A stretch of DNA of 64,000 nucleotides from Minisyncoccota bacterium (GTDB lineage: Bacteria; Patescibacteriota; Minisyncoccia; Phycocordibacterales; JABAAK01), in the NCBI GenBank assembly GCA_963668425.1, contig OY764332.1, forward strand, positions 188,943-252,942, given 5' to 3'. The translations under genes were made by a program, and so were the position numbers. Below the pieces are notes generated by a model that worked only from the letters and a program-made list of their open reading frames with translations, searched no databases and had not been told where the DNA came from. Shown here piece after piece: positions 9,660 through 18,065 of this stretch. Each line of letters begins with the position of its first letter. The first letter of the stretch is position 1.

Positions 9660-10661
9660 TCAAGATAGCAAAGGATACTCAAGTGGCAAGGTCTTAATGT
9701 AGGATCGTTGAATGTCGTATGATGCGTCAATGAGGGTTTTTAGAAGGTCAAGCGTTACCATTTCTTTCTTGGATAAATGTGTGATAAAGGATGCATCCTC
9801 CTCACTATACTCATTTATTATATTTGCAATACCGCCGCGTAGTAATAGTGCTGATCGTAGCTTACGAATGCATAACTTCGCGAAAAGTGGCACATTTGCC
9901 CCTGTCTCGGCAATGGTCTCTAATGCGGCAATTCCTTTGGTAACATCTTTCTCGGACAACGCTTCTAAATACTCATTTACCACTTGATGTCGTGGCGCGC
10001 CAAGTACCTCTTCAACTGTCTCGTGTGCGATCTCTCCTGTATCTGCTACAAATAATACTTTTTGTACCAATGTTAACGCGTCTCGAAATGATCCTTCTGC
10101 CATTAAGGCGATTAGTGCCGCTGATTGTTCATTTATTTTGTATGTTTCTTTTTCTGCGACTGATTCAACTACTTTTTGCAATGCGGTGAGGGAGGGCTGT
10201 CGAAATTGTAGTGAAATGCACCGTGATACAATGGTATCTGGCACCTTGTCTGCCTCAGTTGTTACCAGCATAAAAATAGCATATGCTGGTGGCTCTTCAA
10301 GTGTTTTTAAGAAAGCATTAAATGCTGCTTTTGATAACATATGCACCTCATCCAAGATATACACCTTATACTCTGATTCAACCGGCTGTGTATATACCGA
10401 TTCTGTTATCTCCCGTATGTGTTCAACACTCGTATGTGATGCCGCATCAATTTCAAACATATCTATACCCTTACACCCTAATGATTGCGCAAATATGCGT
10501 GCGACACTCGTCTTACCGATTCCTCTCGGTCCGGTGAATAGGTAGGCATGTGCAACCGTGCCTCCGGCGACTGCCTTTTCAAGCACCGATACTACTTGTG
10601 GCTGCTCTATAATATCTTTGAAATGTTGTGGTCTGTGTTTCTGATATAATGCTCGCTCCAT
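9660..10661 (-). CDS. dnaX: DNA polymerase III subunit gamma/tau (short form)
   Basis: AAA+ clamp-loader motifs: HAYLFTGPRGIGKTSVARIFAQSL, YKVYILDEVHMLSKAAFNAFLKTLEEPP, SRC. Confidence 0.85.
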   Translation of the reverse strand: MERALYQKHRPQHFKDIIEQPQVVSVLEKAVAGGTVAHAYLFTGPRGIGKTSVARIFAQSLGCKGIDMFEIDAASHTSVEHIREITESVYTQPVESEYKVYILDEVHMLSKAAFNAFLKTLEEPPAYAIFMLVTTEADKVPDTIVSRCISLQFRQPSLTALQKVVESVAEKETYKINEQSAALIALMAEGSFRDALTLVQKVLFVADTGEIAHETVEEVLGAPRHQVVNEYLEALSEKDVTKGIAALETIAETGANVPLFAKLCIRKLRSALLLRGGIANIINEYSEEDASFITHLSKKEMVTLDLLKTLIDASYDIQRSYIKTLPLEYPLLS

Positions 10662-10744
10662 ACCCTCTATAGTACCCTACCTATATCAAACACAACATGG
10701 ATTTTACCTTGTGCCACATTATATCTGGTTATACTACTTACCTG

Positions 10745-11293
10745 CTATACCTCTTCCTGCTCCGTCCGTTTTTTTACCTTCTGTACACCGTCTAAAATTG
10801 TTCTGCGAACTTTTGCATACTCTGGCAATTCTTCAACTTGCTGTATGCCCAGATGTAATAAAAATTCAACAGAAACTGATAGTAATCGCTTCCGTGCATT
10901 CGGCGTATCCTGAATTAACCCTCGCATCATTAATCGTCGCAGTGTGTACTGCGTGTTCACTCCGCGCAGAAAATCTAAATCTACCTTTGCAATTGGCCCT
11001 GCGTATGCGATGATGGATAGTGCTTCCTGCATTGCCCTGGAGAGTGGAGCCGCCTCCTCCTCTTTTCGTAACCCTTCTATAACATCCACCAGTGATGGAT
11101 TTGTCGCTAATGCTACCTGTGTGCCATCATCAACTATAATCACTCCACTGTCTGCCCGTTGTTGCCGTAGATGCCCTAACAGTCGCTCCAACTCTTTGCT
11201 GTCACACTTAACTTGCTTTGCGAGTTGTTTTTTTGTTACTCTGGCACCGCTGGTAAATAATATCGCCTCTAATTTTTGCAGTGCATCCTTCAT
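10745..11293 (-). CDS. scpB: segregation and condensation protein B
   Basis: LEAILFTSGARVTKKQLAK...LSRAMQEALSIIAYAGPIAKVDLDFLRGVN is typical of ScpB winged-helix repeats. Confidence 0.75.
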   Translation of the reverse strand: MKDALQKLEAILFTSGARVTKKQLAKQVKCDSKELERLLGHLRQQRADSGVIIVDDGTQVALATNPSLVDVIEGLRKEEEAAPLSRAMQEALSIIAYAGPIAKVDLDFLRGVNTQYTLRRLMMRGLIQDTPNARKRLLSVSVEFLLHLGIQQVEELPEYAKVRRTILDGVQKVKKRTEQEEV

Positions 11294-11566
11294 GTGCTAT
11301 CAGTATACTCTGTGTGAGCAATATCTTGCTGCGCTTTATGCGCTCCAACCTGCGCCATGAACATTAAGCATTGGGCTGGATATACCTCTTTTGAGCATCT
11401 CCACTCTTTCTGCAAATTGCTTTTGTAACTTTTCTGGTAATTTTTTATAACACAAATAGAAAACCGAACCGATGCACAATCTCTTTCTTGTATGTTCTGA
11501 TATCTACAGATGTCTTCATGTCGTTAATGATATACAGCCCCCATAAAAACATCAATTGCGACACTC

Positions 11567-12277
11567 TTACCTCTTACTAACAACAATATCGTCAAAATGC
11601 TTGTTTTGTGTTGCTGTTAACATATCTTTTCGTATCAATTCTAATACCGCAAGAAAAGAAATAATTTTTTCCTGCTTGTCTGCTTTTGCGGATAACGACT
11701 GAAACGATACTGACACCCGTTTTGTTACTGCGGCAAGCACTCGCTCAATTATCTCCTCTATCCGCACTTTTGCTCTGACTTTTTTCTGTGGTGGCTCCCG
11801 CAGAAATGATAATCCTTGTAATACAGCATCCGCATTGCGTTGTAACCCTTTCACGGTACATGAGTTATCAGGAAGAAACATAACCTGTTTTGTCGTGCTC
11901 TGTATTGCTACTACGGATGACCGTTTTTTCCAGCTGTTCAGTGCCGGCACTACTTGCATGCGGATGAAGTCAAATAATTTCATTCTGTCTTCTAGCTCGG
12001 CAACATCCACCTCTTCTTCTTCAGTATATTCCAAAACTGGCAACAGTGACCTTGACTTGATTACTATCAAGATAGATGCGATATGAATAAAGCGCGCCAC
12101 TTCCTCTGCCGGTACTGCTGCCATCTCACGAACATATCTCATATAGTCAGCTGTTATTTTTGCTAATGAGATCGTGTTGATTTGCAGTTTTCGTTTTTCT
12201 ATTAACTGGTGCAGTAAGTCCAGCGGACCTTCAAACTGCTCCAACGACACGATGTACTCCTGCTGTTCATTGCTCAT
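11567..12277 (-). CDS. scpA: segregation and condensation protein A (kleisin)
   Basis: LEQFEGPLDLLHQLIEKRKLQINTISLAKITADYMRYV is an ScpA N-terminal signature. The start was chosen at Met20 of ORF 11567..12334; it overlaps the 3' end of aspS by ~10 nt. Confidence 0.75.
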   Translation of the reverse strand: MSNEQQEYIVSLEQFEGPLDLLHQLIEKRKLQINTISLAKITADYMRYVREMAAVPAEEVARFIHIASILIVIKSRSLLPVLEYTEEEEVDVAELEDRMKLFDFIRMQVVPALNSWKKRSSVVAIQSTTKQVMFLPDNSCTVKGLQRNADAVLQGLSFLREPPQKKVRAKVRIEEIIERVLAAVTKRVSVSFQSLSAKADKQEKIISFLAVLELIRKDMLTATQNKHFDDIVVSKR

Positions 12278-13607
12278 ATAGACGAGTATCAATTCGGTTT
12301 CTGTCTCTCGGGAAAATCGCCGCTTCTTTTGCATTTGCTAATCCGAGTATCTTTGCGGTAAGCCGTTCTAGCCCAAGTCCCATACCTCCATGTGGTGGCA
12401 TTCCGTACTTGAAAGATTGTAAATAAAATCCGAATTCTTTTTCTGGATCTATGTTCGGTAACTTTTCTTTGATTTTTCGCACCAATTCTTCGTATTCGTG
12501 CACTCGCTGTCCGCCGCTTGTAATTTCCACCCCACGAAACAACAAATCAAAACTTTTTGTGTACCCTGGGTCATCCGCATCGTCATAGGTGTACCATGGT
12601 CGTTTTTCAGTTGGATAGTGTGTTACAAAAATAAAATCTGAATTGTGTTCTTTTAGGGCATGCTCGCACAACTGTCGCTCATGTTCTGGTGTTAAGTCCG
12701 GCTCCCCTACGCAGTCATCTCCAAATTGCGTCTTAATAATCTCCTGTGCTTCAAGTAACTTTATAATTGGAAACGGCTTTTCAGGTAGTGTCGGCATAGT
12801 TGCGCCGAGGATGGCAGTTTCCCGTTTCGCCTTTTCCGCGATAGAGGTGACAATATGTCGCACACACCCCTCTAACATGTTCGTGACATCAGTGTGATCG
12901 GTAATATATCCCATCTCAAAGTCCATACTTGTATACTCATTCAAATGTCTTGAGGTGCTGTGTTTTTCCGCGCGAAACACGTTCCCAATACAAAATGCTC
13001 GTTCAAACACTCCTACCAATATTTGCTTATATAGTTGCGGACTTGTCGCCAATGATGCTTTAATATCAAAATAATCAACTGGAAATACCTCTGCACCACC
13101 TTCCGCATCACCTCCGACAATCTTCGGTGCCTGAAACTCAACAAATCCTTGTGAGGTCAGATACTCCCGAAACCCTTGTGCAATTAACGCTTGCACCCGA
13201 AAAACCGCTCGGTCATCATCTCGCCGCAGTGTCAGTGGACGATAGTCAAACCGTGTGTCTAAGTTCAAGTCCGCCATTTCTAAATCAAATGGCAATTCTT
13301 GTGCTTTTGCTAACACCGTCAGTGTCTTCACTACAAATTCAATGTCCCCGTTTTCTCCTTCAGTGCGATTCTTTTCCGGTCGCTCCTGCACCTCCCCAGT
13401 CAGAGAAAGTACGCTTTCTGGTGATAGTTTCTGTGCATCGGCAAACTTGTCGTGTGCACTCGGCACAAAGCACTGTACTGACCCTGTCCGGTCGTATAGG
13501 TCAATAAACAATAATTTGCCGTGATCCCGCACCGCCGCAATTTTCCCACTGACAAGAACCTCCTGCCCCTTTTTCTCACCAAGATTTTCCATCAAACACC
13601 GCTCCAT
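12267..13607 (-). CDS. aspS: aspartate--tRNA ligase, archaeal/eukaryal-type (possibly non-discriminating) class IIb synthetase
   Basis: Length 446 aa. N-terminal OB fold (VLVSGKIAAVRDHGKLLFIDL). Motif 2 is FRAEKHSTSRHLNEYTSMDFEM and motif 3 is GMPPHGGMGLGLERL. AsnRS cannot be fully excluded. Confidence 0.65.
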   Translation of the reverse strand: MERCLMENLGEKKGQEVLVSGKIAAVRDHGKLLFIDLYDRTGSVQCFVPSAHDKFADAQKLSPESVLSLTGEVQERPEKNRTEGENGDIEFVVKTLTVLAKAQELPFDLEMADLNLDTRFDYRPLTLRRDDDRAVFRVQALIAQGFREYLTSQGFVEFQAPKIVGGDAEGGAEVFPVDYFDIKASLATSPQLYKQILVGVFERAFCIGNVFRAEKHSTSRHLNEYTSMDFEMGYITDHTDVTNMLEGCVRHIVTSIAEKAKRETAILGATMPTLPEKPFPIIKLLEAQEIIKTQFGDDCVGEPDLTPEHERQLCEHALKEHNSDFIFVTHYPTEKRPWYTYDDADDPGYTKSFDLLFRGVEITSGGQRVHEYEELVRKIKEKLPNIDPEKEFGFYLQSFKYGMPPHGGMGLGLERLTAKILGLANAKEAAIFPRDRNRIDTRLYEQ

Positions 13608-13823
13608 ATATGTATTTTATGTATATAACAGAAATAGTATATCACACTATCTTATCTACCTTTAATCTCCTATTTTGTCATCTTGAGTGTTCTGATTGCT
13701 GTTGTGATAAGTTTGGGGATTGGGATGCCTGCTTGCACGGTTAATACTCCACCGAGTAATAATCAGTATCTGACAACTCTTCCAGATCTATTGGACTTCC
13801 ACCTGCATTTCGGAAACCTGTTG

Positions 13824-14084
13824 TTATATTTTCTTGAGTGTAGTCTTATATCCAAAATAATCTTCTATCGCCTTCAGCATTCTTTTTGCCGATACAACAC
13901 TACCACTCATAATGTATTCGTCAGTGTTCCGTGATTCAAATACATCGTCAATAATAATATCAACCCCTTGTTTAATTTCTTCTATAATTACTTGCGATAA
14001 CAGATCACGCTCTTCCCGCCTAAAAGGGCTAGTCGCACATATAGTCATTGAAAATTTCTTTTCTAGTTTCTTTTTATACTCCAT
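13824..14084 (-). CDS. hypothetical protein (island cargo)
   Basis: 86-aa ORF in an AT-rich block with no recognisable motif. Confidence 0.35.
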   Translation of the reverse strand: MEYKKKLEKKFSMTICATSPFRREERDLLSQVIIEEIKQGVDIIIDDVFESRNTDEYIMSGSVVSAKRMLKAIEDYFGYKTTLKKI

Positions 14085-14118
14085 ATGCCTTCGCTTACTA
14101 TAATTTTACCCTGTCTTT

Positions 14119-14301
14119 TTAGAGTTTGCTGAGCACCTCTAACCAAATGCTTCCATTTTTTTCATCACTAAGCATATTCATTTTATCAATGCATTCTTTC
14201 ACTGTTTTACAACCATACTCTTTTTTCATCTCTTCCATAAAGGCATCTTTGTAATTTTTAACATGTAAGAAATATAGTAAAAGCGGAACTGCCTCCAGCA
14301 C
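14119..14301 (-). CDS. hypothetical small protein (island cargo)
   Basis: 60-aa ORF; weak. Confidence 0.25.
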   Translation of the reverse strand: MLEAVPLLLYFLHVKNYKDAFMEEMKKEYGCKTVKECIDKMNMLSDEKNGSIWLEVLSKL

Positions 14302-14347
14302 CCGCCTTACCTGAATATAACCCTCATTTTATTGCTATACTAAAAAC

Positions 14348-15208
14348 ATGACCAAAATGACAAGCACTGCCGGCAAGCAGAAAGTGTGTCGGGAAAGGAA
14401 GGTGTTGATAAATGAAGTGTTGTGTGGGCGGGCGGAAATTGTGTTGAATGATATCCCTAATAATGCGGTAGACATTGTTGTAACATCACCGCCGTACGAT
14501 GGTATCAGGGATTATAATGGCTTTGATCTTGATTTGCATGCAATTGGACGGGAAGTGTTCCGTGTTTTGAAGGATGGTGGTATTGCAGTAATGGTGATAC
14601 AAGACCAAACGAAAAATTTTGGGAAGACACTGACCTCTTTTAAGACAATTATAGACTGGTGCGACAATATCGGCTTTAAGTTGTTTGAGACGGCTATTTA
14701 TAGAAAACACGGGGCGGAAGGTGCGTGGTGGAATAAGCGGTTTCGTGTTGACCATGAATACATACCAATTTTTTTGAAAGGAGAAAGACCTGCTTTTTTT
14801 GATAAGGAGAGCTTAAAGATACCATCAAAGCATGCCGGCAAGACAATACGAGGTGGCGGGACGAGGTTGACCAACGGTAAGAGGATTGATACGCGACATA
14901 TAACAATCAACCCAACAAAATGTCGTGGTACTGTGTGGGAATACTTGACTGCTGGAGATGGCACACGATTGAAGCATAAACATCCTGCAACATTCCCTGA
15001 TAAATTACCGATTGATTTCATACAATGCTTTTGTCCGGAAGAAGGTGTTGTCTTGGATCCGATGTGTGGCAGTGGCACCACTCTCATGGCGGCAAAAATG
15101 TTGGGGAGGGACTATATAGGTGTAGATGTATCGCCAGAATATTGTGATTTATCTCGGAAACGATTGTTGGAAGAACTACCTAATCAAACACTCCGCTTTG
15201 AGGAATAG
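14348..15208 (+). CDS. beta-class DNA methyltransferase (N4-cytosine or N6-adenine)
   Basis: Motif IV VVTSPPY comes before motif I VLDPMCGSGTT (beta permutation). HPATFPDKLPIDFI precedes motif I. The SPPY form favours N4C. Confidence 0.85.
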   Translation: MTKMTSTAGKQKVCRERKVLINEVLCGRAEIVLNDIPNNAVDIVVTSPPYDGIRDYNGFDLDLHAIGREVFRVLKDGGIAVMVIQDQTKNFGKTLTSFKTIIDWCDNIGFKLFETAIYRKHGAEGAWWNKRFRVDHEYIPIFLKGERPAFFDKESLKIPSKHAGKTIRGGGTRLTNGKRIDTRHITINPTKCRGTVWEYLTAGDGTRLKHKHPATFPDKLPIDFIQCFCPEEGVVLDPMCGSGTTLMAAKMLGRDYIGVDVSPEYCDLSRKRLLEELPNQTLRFEE

Positions 15209-16154
15209 TGTACTCAACCCTGTTTGTTGCCGTTATTGCAAAAGAAATGGGATTTTTTGTTAATAATTCGTTTCTTCTCCTGAAACTCGTTGTGTTGTCT
15301 AAGACACTTTTGGAAAACTGTATGCATTCAAAATTGTCCCAACACCAGGACTGACTGTTGTATTCCCAACCTGTAAGATCAGATAGCATTTGTAAAATCC
15401 CTTCGCTTTTTTTGACCTCCTCCTTCTCTATATATGCTTGGTTATCACTTCTCACAATGTTTGCCGTCTCTCCGCCACCTCTCTCGGATATCTTTACTTT
15501 TTCTCTACCTCTTCCACCACCTATCTTCTTTATTTTACCGAATAGTTCTTTCATCAATTCCATACTTTCTGCTATAGGTGTGTGTTGTGTGAAAAATACA
15601 TCGTTCAATATGTCATTTCTTGTTGCTTGTAGGAAGTGAAACCAACTTAAACTATTTTCTGGGTATCCGAATATGTTCTTGAAGGTACCGTCGGCATACA
15701 GTAGCGGTGCAACAATACTTGGACTCTTCTCTAACTGCATGGCACTGCCGACAATCGCAATGAGCAGATGTATTGTTCCAAATGGGTATTTGTTTTGAAA
15801 GTCATTTTTAGCGTCAAATCCTCTTAGGTTGTTTGCGGAAATGCAGTTTTTAAAATTATCCCAATTTTCTGGAATCTCATTTTTGTTTGGCAGTAGCATG
15901 TGTTGCCCAACACTGCGTATATTTTTTCTGTACATCTCTACGTCAAGATACACAACAGAAGATGGATCTGTGTTTTTTTCTATTAGCAAAACTTTGCCGT
16001 CATACAATCCTTTTACTTTCCAGTTTAAGTGCTGAGACATGAAAAGTGCGCCTAACAATCCGTCGCAATCAGGGCTTATTACACAGCTTTCTTCTTTTGA
16101 GACAATCCATGGAAACTGTTGTATTATTTTTTGATAGTTAAGAGCATTATCCAT
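15180..16154 (-). CDS. hypothetical protein convergent with the methyltransferase (candidate restriction-nuclease partner)
   Basis: ORF 15180..16247. The first 31 codons of the track ORF read through the tRNA-Ser gene, so the start was moved to Met32 (MDNALNYQ..., 16154). Its 3' end overlaps the MTase 3' end by 29 bp. It contains SPDCDG...VYLDVEMYRK, loosely PD-(D/E)xK-like. Confidence 0.45.
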   Translation of the reverse strand: MDNALNYQKIIQQFPWIVSKEESCVISPDCDGLLGALFMSQHLNWKVKGLYDGKVLLIEKNTDPSSVVYLDVEMYRKNIRSVGQHMLLPNKNEIPENWDNFKNCISANNLRGFDAKNDFQNKYPFGTIHLLIAIVGSAMQLEKSPSIVAPLLYADGTFKNIFGYPENSLSWFHFLQATRNDILNDVFFTQHTPIAESMELMKELFGKIKKIGGGRGREKVKISERGGGETANIVRSDNQAYIEKEEVKKSEGILQMLSDLTGWEYNSQSWCWDNFECIQFSKSVLDNTTSFRRRNELLTKNPISFAITATNRVEYTIPQSGVFD

Positions 16155-16198
16155 GTTGTTTTTGATATGACTTACTCTTGAAATGCAAATATTTTTAT

Positions 16199-16290
<92 letters not shown>

Positions 16291-16338
16291 TGTATCTATA
16301 CGATACCACAATGCAACGCATTGGTCAGTTTGCCTTAC

Positions 16339-16734
16339 TCAATCAAAATCAATATCTTCTTCTTTTCCTCTATTTTTTTGATCAAGATAGCTTTGTAAAA
16401 TGATTGTTGCCGCTTCTGCATCAGTTCCTTTTCCGAGTCGTTTTGCTGCTTGTGTGGAGAACTGTTCCGGCTCAAATAGCACTTCTGCTTTTTCGCGCAC
16501 CGCATTTGCAACTTTCTGTACATCTGTCATAATTGGGTTTTTTTTACCATCTAAATCAAGTGACTCACCAAACACCACTGCTTTAATACCCCGTTCGGTA
16601 ATTAATGCCAGCAACTGTTCAATACATCTCTGACGTTTCAATGCTGTAAGTGGAAATGCTATAGACCCTTCGTCGTCGGAAATCGCCACTCCGACTCGTT
16701 CCTGTCCGATATCAACACCCAGGTATTTTTGCAT
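16339..16734 (-). CDS. ruvX: Holliday junction resolvase-like RuvX/YqgF
   Basis: MQKYLGVDIGQERVGVAISD is the canonical YqgF N-terminus. The start is Met24 of ORF 16339..16803. Confidence 0.8.
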   Translation of the reverse strand: MQKYLGVDIGQERVGVAISDDEGSIAFPLTALKRQRCIEQLLALITERGIKAVVFGESLDLDGKKNPIMTDVQKVANAVREKAEVLFEPEQFSTQAAKRLGKGTDAEAATIILQSYLDQKNRGKEEDIDFD

Positions 16735-16744
16735 GTGCTCACTG

Positions 16745-17008
16745 TTAGGACTGGACATCAATTGTAACTTTGCCGGCGGCGCGCACCACTCGTCCTTCAG
16801 CATCTTTCATGTTGCCGGAGACAATGATAATCAGATCAACAAGCCACCAAACCCCAAAGCCACCTAAAGTAATAAGTTTTAGTACGCCGGTGCCGATTTT
16901 GCCTAGATAAAATCGATCAATGCCAAGACCACCGATGAAAATTGATAATAAAAGTAAAATAATAAAATTTTTGTCACTTGTGTTTGACGTAGTATTTTTT
17001 TCATTCAT
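16745..17008 (-). CDS. TM2 domain membrane protein
   Basis: GGLGIDRFYLGKIGTGVLKLITLGGFGVWWLVDLI matches the TM2 domain signature. Confidence 0.7.
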   Translation of the reverse strand: MNEKNTTSNTSDKNFIILLLLSIFIGGLGIDRFYLGKIGTGVLKLITLGGFGVWWLVDLIIIVSGNMKDAEGRVVRAAGKVTIDVQS

Positions 17009-17046
17009 ATGCTTTCACTATACCACAATGTATACCATGTCAAACC

Positions 17047-18039
17047 CTATACAATACCGAGAACCTGCTTTACTTTTGTTAGCTGTTTAGTGAAAAGGGT
17101 GCTTACTTTTTTCCTGTTGCGTTCTAGCACTTTCTCAAGATATCTTGTATCTTTGCTGATTTTTTCATATTTTTCTCGTGCATCTTTAAAGTATGTCAGA
17201 TACTGCTCCACCAACACCTCTTTTAGCTCTTTATAGGTACTGTCCCCCTTGCTACAGCGATTTGCTATCGTGCCATACTCCTCTCGTGGCATTATTTTCT
17301 CAAGATATATACACGGCAAGCAGGTTTCTGTATTGATGGGCTGACCCTGTGGCGTTGAATCGGTAACAATGCTCATTATCCGTTTGCGTATTGTTTCCTC
17401 ATCAGCAAAAATTGGTAGAGTGTTTCCTTTTGATTTACTCATCTTTTCACCATCAAGACCGGGAATAATAGCAACCTCCTTCTGTATTTGCTCCTGTGGC
17501 TCTGTAAAATAGTCCTCATGAGCAATATGATTAAATTTTCGTGCTATTTCTCGGGTTAATTCTACATGCTGTGCCTGATCCTGCCCTACTGGCACCACCT
17601 GTGCGTCGGCGATTAAAATGTCTGCCGCCATCAATGCAGGGTATAAAAATACTCCTAACCCAACATCTTGTTTTTCTTGCGCTGCATCTTTATATGCGTG
17701 TCCTGTTGTTAAAAAATTATGTTTCAACATACAACTGATAATCCACATCAGCTCTGCAATCTGTGGAAAATCTGACTGTCTATACACAATTGATTTTTTC
17801 GGATCTATTCCTAATGCAATACTCGCGGCGAGCAGATGTTGGCTGTTTTCTTTTCGCTCTGTGGCACTGTGCTGCGCCTGCTCGTTACTTATATCTGTTA
17901 GTGCGTGCAAATCAGCAATAAAAAAATACATTTCCCCTTCATCCTGCGCATCAGTCATTTGTCTGAGAGCACCAAAGTAATTTCCCATATGCAGTGCCCC
18001 TGTCGGCTGCAATCCTGTTAAAATCCTTTTTTTATTCAT
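17047..18039 (-). CDS. trpS: tryptophan--tRNA ligase
   Basis: LTGLQPTGALHMGNYFGA (HIGH-type) and KMSKSKGN (KMSKS). Confidence 0.9.
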   Translation of the reverse strand: MNKKRILTGLQPTGALHMGNYFGALRQMTDAQDEGEMYFFIADLHALTDISNEQAQHSATERKENSQHLLAASIALGIDPKKSIVYRQSDFPQIAELMWIISCMLKHNFLTTGHAYKDAAQEKQDVGLGVFLYPALMAADILIADAQVVPVGQDQAQHVELTREIARKFNHIAHEDYFTEPQEQIQKEVAIIPGLDGEKMSKSKGNTLPIFADEETIRKRIMSIVTDSTPQGQPINTETCLPCIYLEKIMPREEYGTIANRCSKGDSTYKELKEVLVEQYLTYFKDAREKYEKISKDTRYLEKVLERNRKKVSTLFTKQLTKVKQVLGIV

Positions 18040-18065
18040 ACTACAAGTTAGTATAGCACCGCCTG

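Noticed and set aside
13683-13934. 83-aa plus-strand ORF upstream of aspS
   Set aside because: It overlaps the better-supported 13824..14084 minus-strand ORF and the aspS promoter region, and has no SD or homology.
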